Source: Piromyces finnis finn
Taxonomy: Eukaryota > Fungi > Neocallimastigomycota
DNA length: 64,000 nucleotides
Direction: 5' to 3'
NCBI GenBank assembly: GCA_002104945.1
Contig: MCFH01000008.1
Span: forward strand, 620,001-684,000
The stretch's first letter is position 1. The number at the start of each line of letters is the position of its first letter. Below the pieces are notes generated by a model. The model made no database searches. It saw only the letters and a list, made by a program, of their open reading frames with translations, and had not been told where the DNA came from. Below are positions 1-13,279 of this stretch, in pieces. Made by a program: the position numbers and the translations under genes.

Positions 1-26
1 AAGACAATTATATTTATATGATATAG

Positions 27-3000
27 ATAAGGAATGCTGTTCAACCTTACTTCATTTCTGTAGTTATGTTCAAGTAAATATTAACTTTAGTCATTATATA
101 AAATATTGAAGGTTATTGAGAAAATAGAAAAAATATTTATATAATTATATAAATCGATATTATAATATTATAGTGGGTTCCAAATAGTGATGTTGTTGTA
201 GCTCAAAGTAGAAATAATTTATGTATTTGGTATTCAATTGATTCACCAGATCGTGTTACAATGTTTCCTATTAAAGTAAATATTAACTTAAATATAATCA
301 GACTTAATATACATTGATAAAAAAGGGAAATAATATTTAAAATATAAATTATAATAATATTTTATATTTTTAGGGTGAAATTGAAGATATTGAACGTATT
401 AATGGAAAGACAGAAGTTATTGTTGATGAAGGTGTAAATACAGTTTCTTACACTTTAGATGAAGGTTTAATTGAATTTGGAACAGCAATTGACGATTATG
501 ATTATGAAAGGTGACAATAAATTTTAAATTTTTAATTAATCTTTTTTTAAATTAATAAAATTATCGATATATTTTATTAAATAATAAAACATAATGAAAA
601 ATAAAAAACTTTAAATAATTTAATTAATAACAATAATAAATAAAAATAGAGCAATAAGCATTTTAGAGAAATTAGAGATTACAACAGAAACTGAAGCAAT
701 GTGGAAAACATTAGGTCAAATAACTTTAAAGAATAGAAACTTATTAATTGCAGAAAGGTAGTAGTAGTAGTATATATTATATATTATTTTTGTATATTTT
801 TATTTATTAAAAGGAAGAAAAAAACTAATTGAATGTAATAATAATATGAATAGATGTTATGCGGCTTTAGGTGATGTTTCAAAGGTTAGATACCTAAGAA
901 AACTTAATGAAATTGCTCAAAGTAAAAAGAATGAGGTAAATAAATTGTATTATTAATTCAATAATGTTATTTATCTTGTGAATAATTAATTATAATTGTA
1001 TTATTATTATATAATGATGATAATATTGTTAATGATAATTTTAATAGCAACATGATGGAACGGATTACTATTTAGTTAGAGCTAAATTAGCTGTATTAGA
1101 TAAGCAATTCAAACTTGCTGAAAATATTTATTTAGATCAAGTAAATAATTAACATAAAAAGATTTATATATTATTATATATTTATATTATCTATAATAAT
1201 TTATTAACTGTAATAATAATAAAAATTAAAGAATCGTGTCGAAGAAGCAATGCAAATGTATCAAGAGATGCATCAATGGGATAAATCTATTAAAGTTGCT
1301 GAAATTAAAAATCATCCAGAATTAACTACACTTAAAAAGAATTACTTTAGATGGTTAATTGATTCAGGACAAGAAGAAAAAGCTGGTGAACTCAAAGAAG
1401 AAGATTGTGATTATGTTGGTGCTGTTTCATTATATTTAAAAGGAGGTAAATTGTATAATTTAGCATTTTATTCATAATTTAATATTTATATATAATTTAA
1501 TATTTATACACATAATTTATATTTTAATAAAATCGTAATTAATACATATATTTAAAACTTTCATATTATAATATTAAGGTATGCCTGGAAGAGCATCCTA
1601 TATATTAAAACAACAAGGTTTAACGTCTAATACAGAGTTAACTGAAAGAGTTGCTGCTGCTTTATTCAATTCTGGATTATATGAAAAGGTGATATGAGTA
1701 TAAAATTATTTTTATTAATACAATCTGTTATCTAATGATTTTTTATTTGAATAATTAATTGCAATAAATAATAGGCTGGTGAATTATATGAGAAATTAGG
1801 TAATAATGAAAGAGCATTTAATGCATACAGAAAAGGAAAAGCATTTAGAGCTGCTGTTGAAATTAGTAGAACTGCTTTCCCACAAGAAGTTATTAATTTA
1901 GAAGAACAATGGGGAGACTATTTAGTTTCAATTAAACAGGTTGAAGCTGCAATTAATCATTATATTGAAGCTGGCCAATCTATCAAGGCTATGGAAGCTG
2001 CAATTAATTCTAAACAAGTAAGTATTACTACAGAAATATTATTGGGATAACTTTATATAATTCCCTATATAATATATATATATAAAGATTATTAATTATT
2101 CCTATATTATTTTTTTAATATATAAAAATGATATATAGTGGAAAAAAGCATCTGGAATTGTTGATTCGTTAGAATTAAATGAAAATACCAAGAAATATTG
2201 TGTTATCTTAGCGGAGCATTTTGAAAAAATTAATGATTTGGAATTAGCTGAAAAATACTATGTACAAGGTGGTAAGCCACAAAGAGCTGTTGATATGTAT
2301 ACTAAAGCAAATAAATGGGAAATGGCTCATTCATTAGCAACTTCATTTATGACTCCCGAAGCTGTTAATGAATTATACATTTCACAAGCAAGAGAAATGG
2401 AGATGAAAGGTATTAATAAATTCAAAGTTATTTATATATAACATATAGTAAATAATATAAATATTGATATTTTTTGTTTTTGTAAATAGGTAAGCTTAAG
2501 GATGCCGAAAAGTTATATATTACTGTTAATCAGCCAGATATTGCTATTAATATGTACAAGAAGAATAAACAATATGATCAAATGATTAGACTTGTCACAG
2601 CATATCATAAAGATTTATTATCTGAAACTCATTTATACCTTGCTAAAACGTTAGAATCAGAAGGTAACTTTAAGATGGCTGAACATCATTATCTAGAAGA
2701 GAATGATTGGAAATCTGTCATTAATATGTATTGTGCTAATAATATGTATGAAGAAGCATATAGAGTAAGTTGCGAATAATAAGTTAAAATAATATTTCCT
2801 TTCTTATATTGCAATAAATATCAAATGAAGTTACTTATTTTAATTATTCTATTTTCCTTATCATAATAGATTGGAAAGACCTATGGTGGTCCAAATTCTG
2901 CTAAGCAAGTGGCTTACCTATGGGCTAGATCTCTTAGTCCAGAATCAGCAGTTAAATTATTAAACAAATTTGGATTATTAGACGCTGCTATTGACTTTGC

Positions 3001-5419
3001 CACCGATAATGGCGCTTTTGAATTTGCTTTTGAATTAGGTAGATTTACTGATAAAGATAAGATTTCTGATATTCATTTCAAACATGCCTTATACTTGGAA
3101 GATGTAGGTAAATATGATGAAGCTGAAAGTAAATTCATTATGGCAGGTAAGCCAAGAGAAGCAATTTTAATGTATATTCATAATGAAAATTGGGATGCTG
3201 CTATTCGTGTAGCTGAAACTTATGATTCAAAGAGTGTTCCAGAAGTATTAATTGGACAAGCTAAATTAACATTTGAAAAAAAAGATTACAATAAAGCTGA
3301 ATCTTTATTATTACGTGCTCAACGTCCAGATTTAGCAATAAAATTCTATAAGGATGCTGGTATGTGGGAAGAGGCATTAAAGTTTACTAAAGAATATCTT
3401 CCAAATAAATTGGCTGATATTAATGAAGAATATAACAACTTTATTGTTAATAAAGGTAATTCTGGAATTAATAATTTACTTCATTCTGCAAGAATGCTTG
3501 AACAACAAAAGAATTATTCAGGAGCTATTGATATATATTTAAAGATTAATGAATCTCTTACTAAGAACAAAGATATCTTACATGCAGCTTGGAGTAAGGC
3601 AGTAGAATTATCTGCTAAATTTGTTTCTCAAAGAGAAATCGAAGTAGTTAATACTGTTGGTACACGTTTAATTCAAGATAGACAATATGATCAAGCTGCT
3701 CAACTCTATATTAGCATACGCATGTATAAGGAAGCAATTGATGCTTATATTATTGGAAAGATGTGGAATAAAGCCAAAGAAATTACAAATATAGCTCCAA
3801 GTTACAAAGATTATGTAGATAATGCCTATGTTAGCCAACTGAAGAATGATGGACAAGCAGATGAACTTGTATCTATTGATGTATCTGCAGGATTAAATAT
3901 GTATATTAAAAATGGAGACTGGGATAAATGTTTAGAAACTTCAAGTGGATATGTATGAATATATGGTTTACTATATTAAAAATGAGTATATAATAATATT
4001 AAAATAAAATCTAAAATATATTAAAAATTAATTATTATTTAAAATAGGGAAAAGAAGTATTAAATAAATATTTAATTCAATATTGTGAAACCTTAATCAA
4101 ATCTCAAAGTTATGATAAAGCAGTTAAGAGTATTATAAAGTACAATGTTCCAAATTTCAAATCTAACTATGATTTGTATTTAGTTATTGCAAGAGAAATA
4201 CTAAAATCTACTAATGTTTCTATTGAAACATATTCAATGTTACGTGAAATGCTATATAAATTGGTATAAAATTATCTCAATATAATATAATATATAAAAA
4301 AAAACAACAGTAATAATAATATAAATATTATTTATATTTCATAATATTATAATCTGTACTAGATATTAATGGAAGGATCCGATCCAAATAATAGTTTACC
4401 ATCTACATTTATTACATATATGTTTATTGTTCATTTAATAACATTAAAGAGTTATTGTTCTAGTAAGAAAGATTTACAAACATTTGCTGCTAAACAATCT
4501 ATCTCATTATTACGTTACACTAATTACATTCCAGTTGATTATGCATTCTATAATGCAGGAAAACTATCTAAGGTTAGTTAATTTATTATAAAAAACAAAT
4601 AGGTTCTAATAGTAATAATAATAATTTTAATTAATTTTTTTTATTTTTTAAAATTAATAGTTATGTGGTATGAATAGTATGGCTTTTGTTACATGGAATA
4701 GATTTTTGGATATTACAGAAGCTATTGATGAAGGAAGTAAATATATTAATGAAAATACTGATTTCCAAAATACCGATGTGCCATTTGATGTTAAATTACC
4801 ATCAGAAAATATGCCTGTATGAATGAATTTTATTTAATGAATTTTATTTCTTCTATAAAATATTTTATATAATATTTTATTATATTAATTTATATTAATT
4901 ATAATATTGTATATATACTTATATATATCAGGAACAGGAAAGAGAAGCTGTTAGAGATTGGATCCTTCAAGTTTCTCTTGACCAAAAGGTTAATCAAGAA
5001 ATTGATAAAAGATTATGTGATGAATGTAACGCAGAAATATATAGTGCAGCATTAGAGTGCTATAATTGTCATGCAAAATATGAACCTTGTATTATAACAG
5101 GTAATTAAATATATAAAAAATGGAATAATTAAAGTAAATTTAATTTTTGTTATTATGTAATATATTTACTATTTATTTATCGTAAAAAGGTTATCCTGTT
5201 TTAAAGAATAAAATCCAATGCAGTCAATGTAAAAAGTCAGCAAATAGAGATGATTGGAATAAATTCATTATGTCTGAGAAGGTATATACTTTATCAAATA
5301 TTTAGTTATTAAAAAATTATGAGTGAATTTTGTTATTAAATGTTTATTATTTGATTAAATTCATATAGGCATGTCCATGGTGTGGAACAAGTCAAAACCC
5401 AATATATTCTTTGAAATGA
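27..5419 (+). CDS. IFT172: Intraflagellar transport protein 172 (3' part, many exons; 5' end outside window)
   Basis: Spliced exons give TPR/alpha-solenoid sequence ([31 protein letters not shown]...[24 protein letters not shown]). A C-terminal Cys-rich region (CDEC...CYNC...CIITG...CSQC...CPWC) ends at TGA 5417-5419. GT-AG introns throughout. Confidence 0.93.
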
Positions 5420-8400
5420 GATTTAAAAGTTTAAATAATAATAAATTATTTTATTTATATAATTCTTATATAATTATTAAAAACATTGTTTTTCATATTT
5501 AATAATGAATAATATTCTATTACATTATATTTACAGTTGAGAAAAATACATTGCTATTTTAAATATTTATATATATTAATTATTAATATTTGCACAAATA
5601 ATTTAAAAATAAGAAGCCTTAGAAATGCTTCTTAAAACAAATAAAAGACTATAAAAATATATATATATAAAAGAGAAAATAATTTATTATGAATGTTAGA
5701 ATTATAAGTTTAATTTTATATTGAAACTTTTTTTTTTAGATTTGGGTTAAACAATTTCATTTCTATGTGTGCAAAATTTTTAATCCTTACTTTAATATAT
5801 AAGAATATTTTTTCAGAAAATGGTTTTTTATTTCTAAATAATATATTATAAATTAATAAAGCATTTTTTTACAACATGTAATTAAAATTTTAAATATTTA
5901 AGTTTATTAAACTTCAAAACTTTAATTAATATAAAAATAAGACTTAAGAATGTTCATTGGTTTAAATAACATATATTGAAGTTTTAAATTTTAAATATTA
6001 AATTTTAAAATTTTAAAAAGTAATTAATAAAAGTTTGTGTTACCTTTTCAAAATGAAAACAAAATTAAATTTTAAATTATTAAATAAAAGCCTATTACAT
6101 CTGTAAAAATTAAAGGAATGATGAAGATAGTATAAAAACTAATAAAAGTTTTTTTTTTTTTTTGAGGACTATTTTATTATAATTATTAATAATGTTAAAG
6201 TGAAATGGTTTTTTATGAAGTAAAATTTTAGCTTTTTATTATTAATTTTTATTCATTTAAATAAATCATGTTAAGTTTCATATATTAATTTTTTTACCCC
6301 TTATAAATGTGGATAGTCATGCTGTATTCCTATATCCTAAACCTGAAAGTATTATTTCAAATATAATAATATATATAATATATAATGAAAAATTAATTTA
6401 AATAAAATATTAAAACATATGTTTGTATAGAATTATAAATAATAATAGTAGAACAGCAAACTATCAATTATTTTCTTATTTATTATTGCGATTATAATAT
6501 ATTATTAATATTTCAAATAACTTTTCACATCACCTTTTTTTTTTTTGTAATGATTCATACAAGTAATTTTTTTGAATCCTACTTTTAAGTATAAGCATCT
6601 TATTGATTTTTTGTATTATTATTTAAAATAATTAATAGTGCCATTAATTATAATTTTTATCATTTCTTGTCTTTTTCCATAAATTCATCGTTGCTATTTT
6701 CTTTTTTATTTTTCTTTATTTAATAAATTCTAAAATAATTACTAGTTAATTTTGATTTATTTATATTTTTTTGCGGTGTTTGATTTAGCCTATTTTTTTT
6801 TTTTTTTTTGGTAATTACAAAATAAAAATATATTAGTGAATATTTTAATAATAACTATAGTTTTTCAATTGAATATAATATATTATTTGCTAACATTTTA
6901 TTGTTATATTAAATAAAATTAATTATAATAATAATATATTGAATTTTGGCCTATTTTATATTATTTTATATTGATAGTGTAATTTAATATATTTACAATA
7001 GTAATTAAAATTCATATGATATATTACTATCAAAATATATTATAACAATTATAACTATATTTTCAATTAATATTGATATATTAATGCCAATTCATTTATA
7101 TATCATATTAAATTACAAGAAAAATATAATTCCAAAATATAATTATTAATATATTAATAGCAATATATTATAATATATATAAACATAATATAAATATAAT
7201 AAATAGTGGTGATTTTTGTCTATCTTGTTGTCTATTAAGCTTAATATATTAAATATATTATTCTATTAATTCTATTGATATTTATTATAAAGATAATATA
7301 TGAAGGTCAGTCTCTTATTATAAATTACCATTTTTACATTCTTATTTATTTATTATTATTTGTTAAACTTTATTAATTATTATTTTTATTCTAATTTATT
7401 AATACTTTTATTTTATTTTTTATTTTTTTATTTCCAAACTTACCCAAACTTATTCACATCTACATTTACCATATTTCCTTAATATAATAAATATTATAAA
7501 AATCAATTTAAAATAATATAAAATAAATAATAAAAAAAAACGCTTCAGCATATTTATTAAATTATTCATATATCTTTATCAGCAAAATCCACATAAACAG
7601 ATATTTTTACTTTATTTTTTAATATAGTAATAGATAATCTATGTTTTTAACACATTTTGAAATGTTGAATTAAATTTTTCAAAATACTGTAATAAAGCAA
7701 TTGTTAGTTATATATATACATAAAAATAAAATATATCTCTAATAAACATATATTTATTTATTTTTATTAGTACTAAATATATATATTTTTTTATATTTAA
7801 ATTAGGTTATATTATTATTGAAATTTGAAAATAATAAAAATTATAATATAAAAATTGGATTATATTCTTTATAATATTTAAAGAAGATAACTGTTTTAGT
7901 ATTTTATAAAAAGTTATATTCAATTTTCAATACTCCAACTTTATAATTATCAATCTCTATACTTAATATTCAATAATTATTCTTTTGTAAATAAGAAGTA
8001 CTTCTTATTATCGAAAGAGAATTACAAAATCATTATAAATATCATAAAATATTTAGTATTTTTTATATTTTCATTTTATCTTTTTATTAAAAATAGAATA
8101 AATAATAAACAAGTATTATTTCATTTTGATTAAATAAATAAAAAAAATAAAAAGAAAAAATAATATAAAATAAAATAGAACATAAAACATACTTCTTGGT
8201 AATACCCGCATATTTTTTGCTATTATTGAAATATATTATTTCATAATATCAAAAATACACATAAACAAGTGAAATAAAAAAAAGCAATTTTAATTCAAAG
8301 CGTTTAAACAAATAAAAAAATTAAAACAATAATAAAATATATACAATATATTTTAAAAATTTGTAAATATAAAATAATATCAATAATAACTAATTTAACG

Positions 8401-8422
8401 TCGTCGCAATTCGTCGCAATTC
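8401..8422. promoter_or_regulatory. Tandem 10-mer TCGTCGCAAT x2, ~145 bp upstream of the PAS-kinase ATG
   Basis: Exact direct repeat, CpG-rich, in otherwise nearly G/C-free upstream DNA. Function is inferred only. Confidence 0.3.
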
Positions 8423-8566
8423 AAGTAATTATTTATAAAAATATAATATATATTTTCCAAAAAAAAAAAAAAAAAAACAATATATTTTGTGAAATTTTAT
8501 TAATTAATTTGTATTTTTTTTCTTTTTAAATGTATTTGTATATATAAAGTATACTAATAAATAATA

Positions 8567-11500
8567 ATGTATACAGCATGCAATGATTTATTAAACTCAC
8601 CTTTACGTACTTCAACTGGAAGTTCATTATCATTTTCAAATGTCACATTTTTACTAAATTCAATACCGGAATCTATAGTAATAATATCTGAAAAAGGATT
8701 AATTCTTGAATTAAATTCGGCAACTTCAAGATTATTTGGTTGGACAAAAGATGAAATTGTAAGTTCTTTTTTAATTTTTAATATAATATATTTATTGTAG
8801 ATAATTATAATAATGCATAAGTTTTGAAATATCAAATTATATTAATATGATTTTGTCTATATAGATAAATAGAAAAAACATTAGTTTTTTATTAACTAAT
8901 AGAGATGGTGAGAAATTAATGAATATAATTAATAATGAGGAATTATCATCATATGTTGAATCATGTTTTCATTATCATGGTTTAAATAAAAATGGATCGA
9001 CATTTCCATGTGATATAAGTCTTGGACTTTTTCCAAAATCCTTATTAGAAACTTCGTCAGTATCATCATCTTTATCTATTAAAATGTATTCTAATAATGC
9101 CATAGTAGTTGTTATAAACACAAATAAAAAAGTATATCGTTCAAGTGATTCAGTTTTATTAGATTTGAAATCAAGATATCAAAATGAATATGAAGAAATC
9201 AAAACACTTGGAAAAGGCGGTTTTGGTCAAGTATATAAGGCCAGAAATCGTCTTGATGGTCAGTTATATGCAATAAAAAAAATAAAACTACAGAGTAAAC
9301 CTAAAGAATTTAGTAGTAATTTTGATTTACAAGGCATTGTAAATCCTAAATCATTTAATTCTCAAAATACTACTTCAACAACCACATCTAATCTGTCTTT
9401 TCTTTCAGAAGAAGATTTAAGAATTGTTCGTGAAGTAAAAACATTCGCAAGAATTTCTAATCATCCAAATATTGTAAGATATCATGCTTCTTGGATTGAA
9501 GTTGAAGAAAAAAGATCTAAGAAGGATAAAAATAATTCTAATGGTGATGACGATAGTTTAGATAGTTCATGTGATGAGGATGATGAAATTGATGAAAGTT
9601 ATAATAATATTGAAAAAAATTTAGAAAATAGCTATTCTTACTCAAATAATAGTAGTGTTAGTAATAATGTAAACTTCCATAGCCATGGAAGTAGTCTAAG
9701 TGATGAATCTAGACAACAAACTTCAAATGATTTTATTATATCTTTTGTTGATACACAAAATAGAAATAATACCAATATTAATAATGATAGCAATAATAAC
9801 ATAAGTGAAAGGATTAATAATAGTTCTAACGAATATTTTATTAATATGAATGATTTAGATTCTTTACATAGTAATGATAGTAAAAGTAGTGGAAGTGATG
9901 AAAGTGATGAAAGTGATGACTCCACAAATATTAATAGTTCTAAAGAAAATTCTTATACTCCATTTTCTTTCATATCTAATGAGGATAATTCAAAATCTTA
10001 TGAACATATACGTCTTAATTCATTGCAAATCCAAAAAAATAGAAAAAAGAAATTAAGTTTAGATCCAATTAACACTTCAGTTATTAAACCACAGGAAAAG
10101 AAAAATAATTTGATGCTTTATTTAATTATTCAAATGGAACTTTGCTCAGGTCAAACTTTAGAAACGTGGATTCATGAACGTAATAAATTGACAGAAAAGA
10201 AAGAAATTCACGTGGATAGAAAAGTTATTTTTAAGATTTTTAAACAAATCGTTCAAGCAATTGCTCATGTTCATTGGAATGGCTGCATCCATCGCGATGT
10301 AAAACCAGCAAATGTATTTTTACAAGATGATAATCATATTCTATTAGGTGATTTTGGTCTTGCAAAAGATGTTGATCTTAACGTTAACTCACCTAAAACT
10401 GAAACAATACCATTTTCAACAACATTAGTTGATAATGAAGATGAATATGAGCTTTCGTCCGAAATATTAAAAGAACTTAAGGATAATGAAACTGAAATAA
10501 CATCAGCTCAAGTTTCAAAATTTCACAAATTAACTTCTGGTGTAGGTACATACATATATGCATCTCCAGAACAATTAGCTTCATCTCAAGGATATGATAA
10601 TAAAACTGATATTTATTCTCTTGGAATTTTATTATTTGAATTACTATGGCCGTTTAAAACTGGTATGGAACGAATAAAGACTTTAACCAATATTAGAGAT
10701 GGTAAGTTTCCAGATAATTTTGTTGAAAAATGGCCATTGGAACTACCATTTTTAAAAAGTTTATTAAATCCGGATCCAGCATTACGCCCAACGGCACAAG
10801 AGATTTTAGACTCTGAAGTCTTAAACATTAATTATATTACGCCTTTATATAGTAATCCCACAAATTTATTAAATGCTCTTGATCTACGTGTAACTCGTAT
10901 TTCACTTGATCCAAATGAAAGTTTAGTAATAACTGGAAGAGGTAAATCTAAAGAAAGAAAAGGTCATAATAAAACCTTATCAACCACATCCAAAATAATT
11001 AAAAATTATAGTGATTGTGGTGCATGTAAACAAAAGGATTTAGCCATCAATTCATTTAAAAGTCAATTTGTTAAAACTAAGGATACCATAATTAAATTGG
11101 AAGGTAAATATAACATTATTTAATCTTGTAACTTGTAATATTCTAATTATAATCATGTATTTTTTAAAATATTATATATTGTATTGATTTTCAATTTTTT
11201 AATAATAATAAATCCTTCTTTCATAGATTCTGTTGCCAAAGCCTCAAGACGTGTTTGGGTAGTTTCTATAATTACTTTTTTTATTGGCAGTATTCTTACA
11301 TTAGGCATAACTTCTTTTATTACTAACAGAAATAGTGGATCTTTATTCGACACTTCATCAATCCGATCTACTGATATACCTATTAATATGAAAGCTAGTT
11401 TGCATAGTAGTTTAGATATAAATGACAAGTATAATTTAGCTCACGCATCAGAAATACAAGAAATACCTGTAATAAATGAAGTTCCAGTTATTCAAGAAAT

Positions 11501-11789
11501 ACAAGATGATCATGCTCAAATTGATAAATCTAATTTTATATCAAAAAAAAGTAAATTTAATAAGGAAAAAATCGAAATCAATGATGAAAAATTAAATAAA
11601 AGGTTAGGAAAAGAGAATAGTTATAAATCAAACAATAATAAAGTTAAAAGCAAAGATTTTACTGTAACTCAAACATTTTCTATTAATTATTTTTATCAAA
11701 GTAAAACAATTACTGTTACTAGAACAAAAACAAGAGTAATTACTTATAGTACTAGTACGCAATCAGATATTTCAATTCCAACAATTTAG
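8567..11789 (+). CDS. PAS-domain eIF2-alpha (HRI/PEK-family) kinase with C-terminal coiled coil and transmembrane helix, ~997 aa, 3 exons (8567-8758, 8865-11103, 11227-11789)
   Basis: Exon 1 and the start of exon 2 give a PAS signature (LLNSIPESIVIISEKGLILELNSATSRLFGWTKDEIINRKNISFLL...GLNKNGSTFPCDIS). Kinase motifs: GKGGFG, YAIKKI, HPNIVRYH, a long acidic/Ser/Asn insert, IQMELC, IHRDVKPANVF, LGDFGLA, TSGVGTYIYASPEQ, YDNKTDIYSLG. Both introns are phase-compatible. Exon 3 has the hydrophobic stretch VWVVSIITFFIGSILTLGITSFIT. Confidence 0.85.
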
Positions 11790-12068
11790 ATTTACTCAAT
11801 AACAATTAAAAAATAAAATATAATAACCCAAAAAAATATTAGTAATAATAATAAAAATTAAAATAACAATATCAAATTTAATTGAAAAATATCTTCCCAT
11901 AAATAAACTATTAAAAAAACTTGGTTTATTCTTTTAATTTTAATATAATTCTTATTATACTAAAATTAAAAATCATATCTAGTAATATTTTCACAATTTA
12001 TTATTAGTTACAAAAAAATAAAAAAGAATAAGATCAAACCAATAACAGCAACAAAGCAACAACAATAA

Positions 12069-12101
<33 letters not shown>

Positions 12102-12759
12102 AAGAAAGAAAGAAAAATGAAAAATAAATGAATAGATAAATTAAAAAATTTTTTTTTTATTCACATTTATTTAATTTTTATTTTTTTTAAATAAAGATAT
12201 AAAATTAAAAAATAAAATATAATAAAATAAGAAAAAAAATAAAAATAAATAAAAATATAAGTATACCTAAAAAAAAAAAAAAAAAAAGGTAAAATAAAAG
12301 TAATACTTAAATAAATAATACAAAATTATTATACACTGAAATTTAATGTAATTGTCTATTTTAGTTATTTCTTTTAAGTGTATTAATTATTTATCCAATA
12401 ATGAAATATATATATATATATAATTTAAATAATATTGCAAAAATTTTTGTATTGTTTTTGTTTACTATTATGGAAATAATAATTTTAAATTAAGATTTTT
12501 AAAATTTTAAAGCAATTTAGGATTTATAATAATGATTTACAAAATAGAAATTAAAATATGTATATATATATTATTAAAATATTATTTTATGAATATATTT
12601 ATTATGTACTAAGCAATAAAATAGATAAATATATTATTACTAAAAAAATAAATACACATTTTAATAAATGTATGAATAAAAATTGACTTCTATAAATTAT
12701 TAAACTTTTTTTCTATATATTATAAAATATATACTAAAATAATAATAAAATATAAAATC

Positions 12760-12804
<45 letters not shown>

Positions 12805-13279
12805 TTACTAATTTATCGAAGATATTTTTTGACAATATTCTACTTTGCTTTAGTGAATTATATATAATTCAAAGTGATTACCATTTTCATATAAAAATAT
12901 AAAATATTTTTTTAAAAAATAATTTATAAATAATAATAATAAATATTAGTAAAGTGTAAACTATTAATTTATAATATTCAATAATTAATAATTATATACT
13001 ATTATTTGAATTTTATGAAAAATAGTCGATATTTTTAATACCATAGTATATTATATATGATTAAAATTTCTATTATTTGATGATAACCATTTATATTAGA
13101 TAAATAGACTGAAATCTAAATTATACAAAATTCACATTGAAATATATTATTCTATTATATTATACATCCGCAAGTCATTATTATTTGAAACAAGATATTG
13201 AGAAAAAAAAAAAAAAAAAAAAAAAACAAGAAAACAATAATAACGGTTTATTCAACAATATTCATATTTAATATTAAAA

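Noticed and set aside
6660-7482. Possible small spliced gene on the minus strand (MVNVDVNKFG|GTAAGT at ~7482-7454; KENSNDEFMEKDKK* at ~6660-6710)
   Set aside because: I could not join the pieces into a stop-free model with plausible splice sites. It needs RNA-seq.
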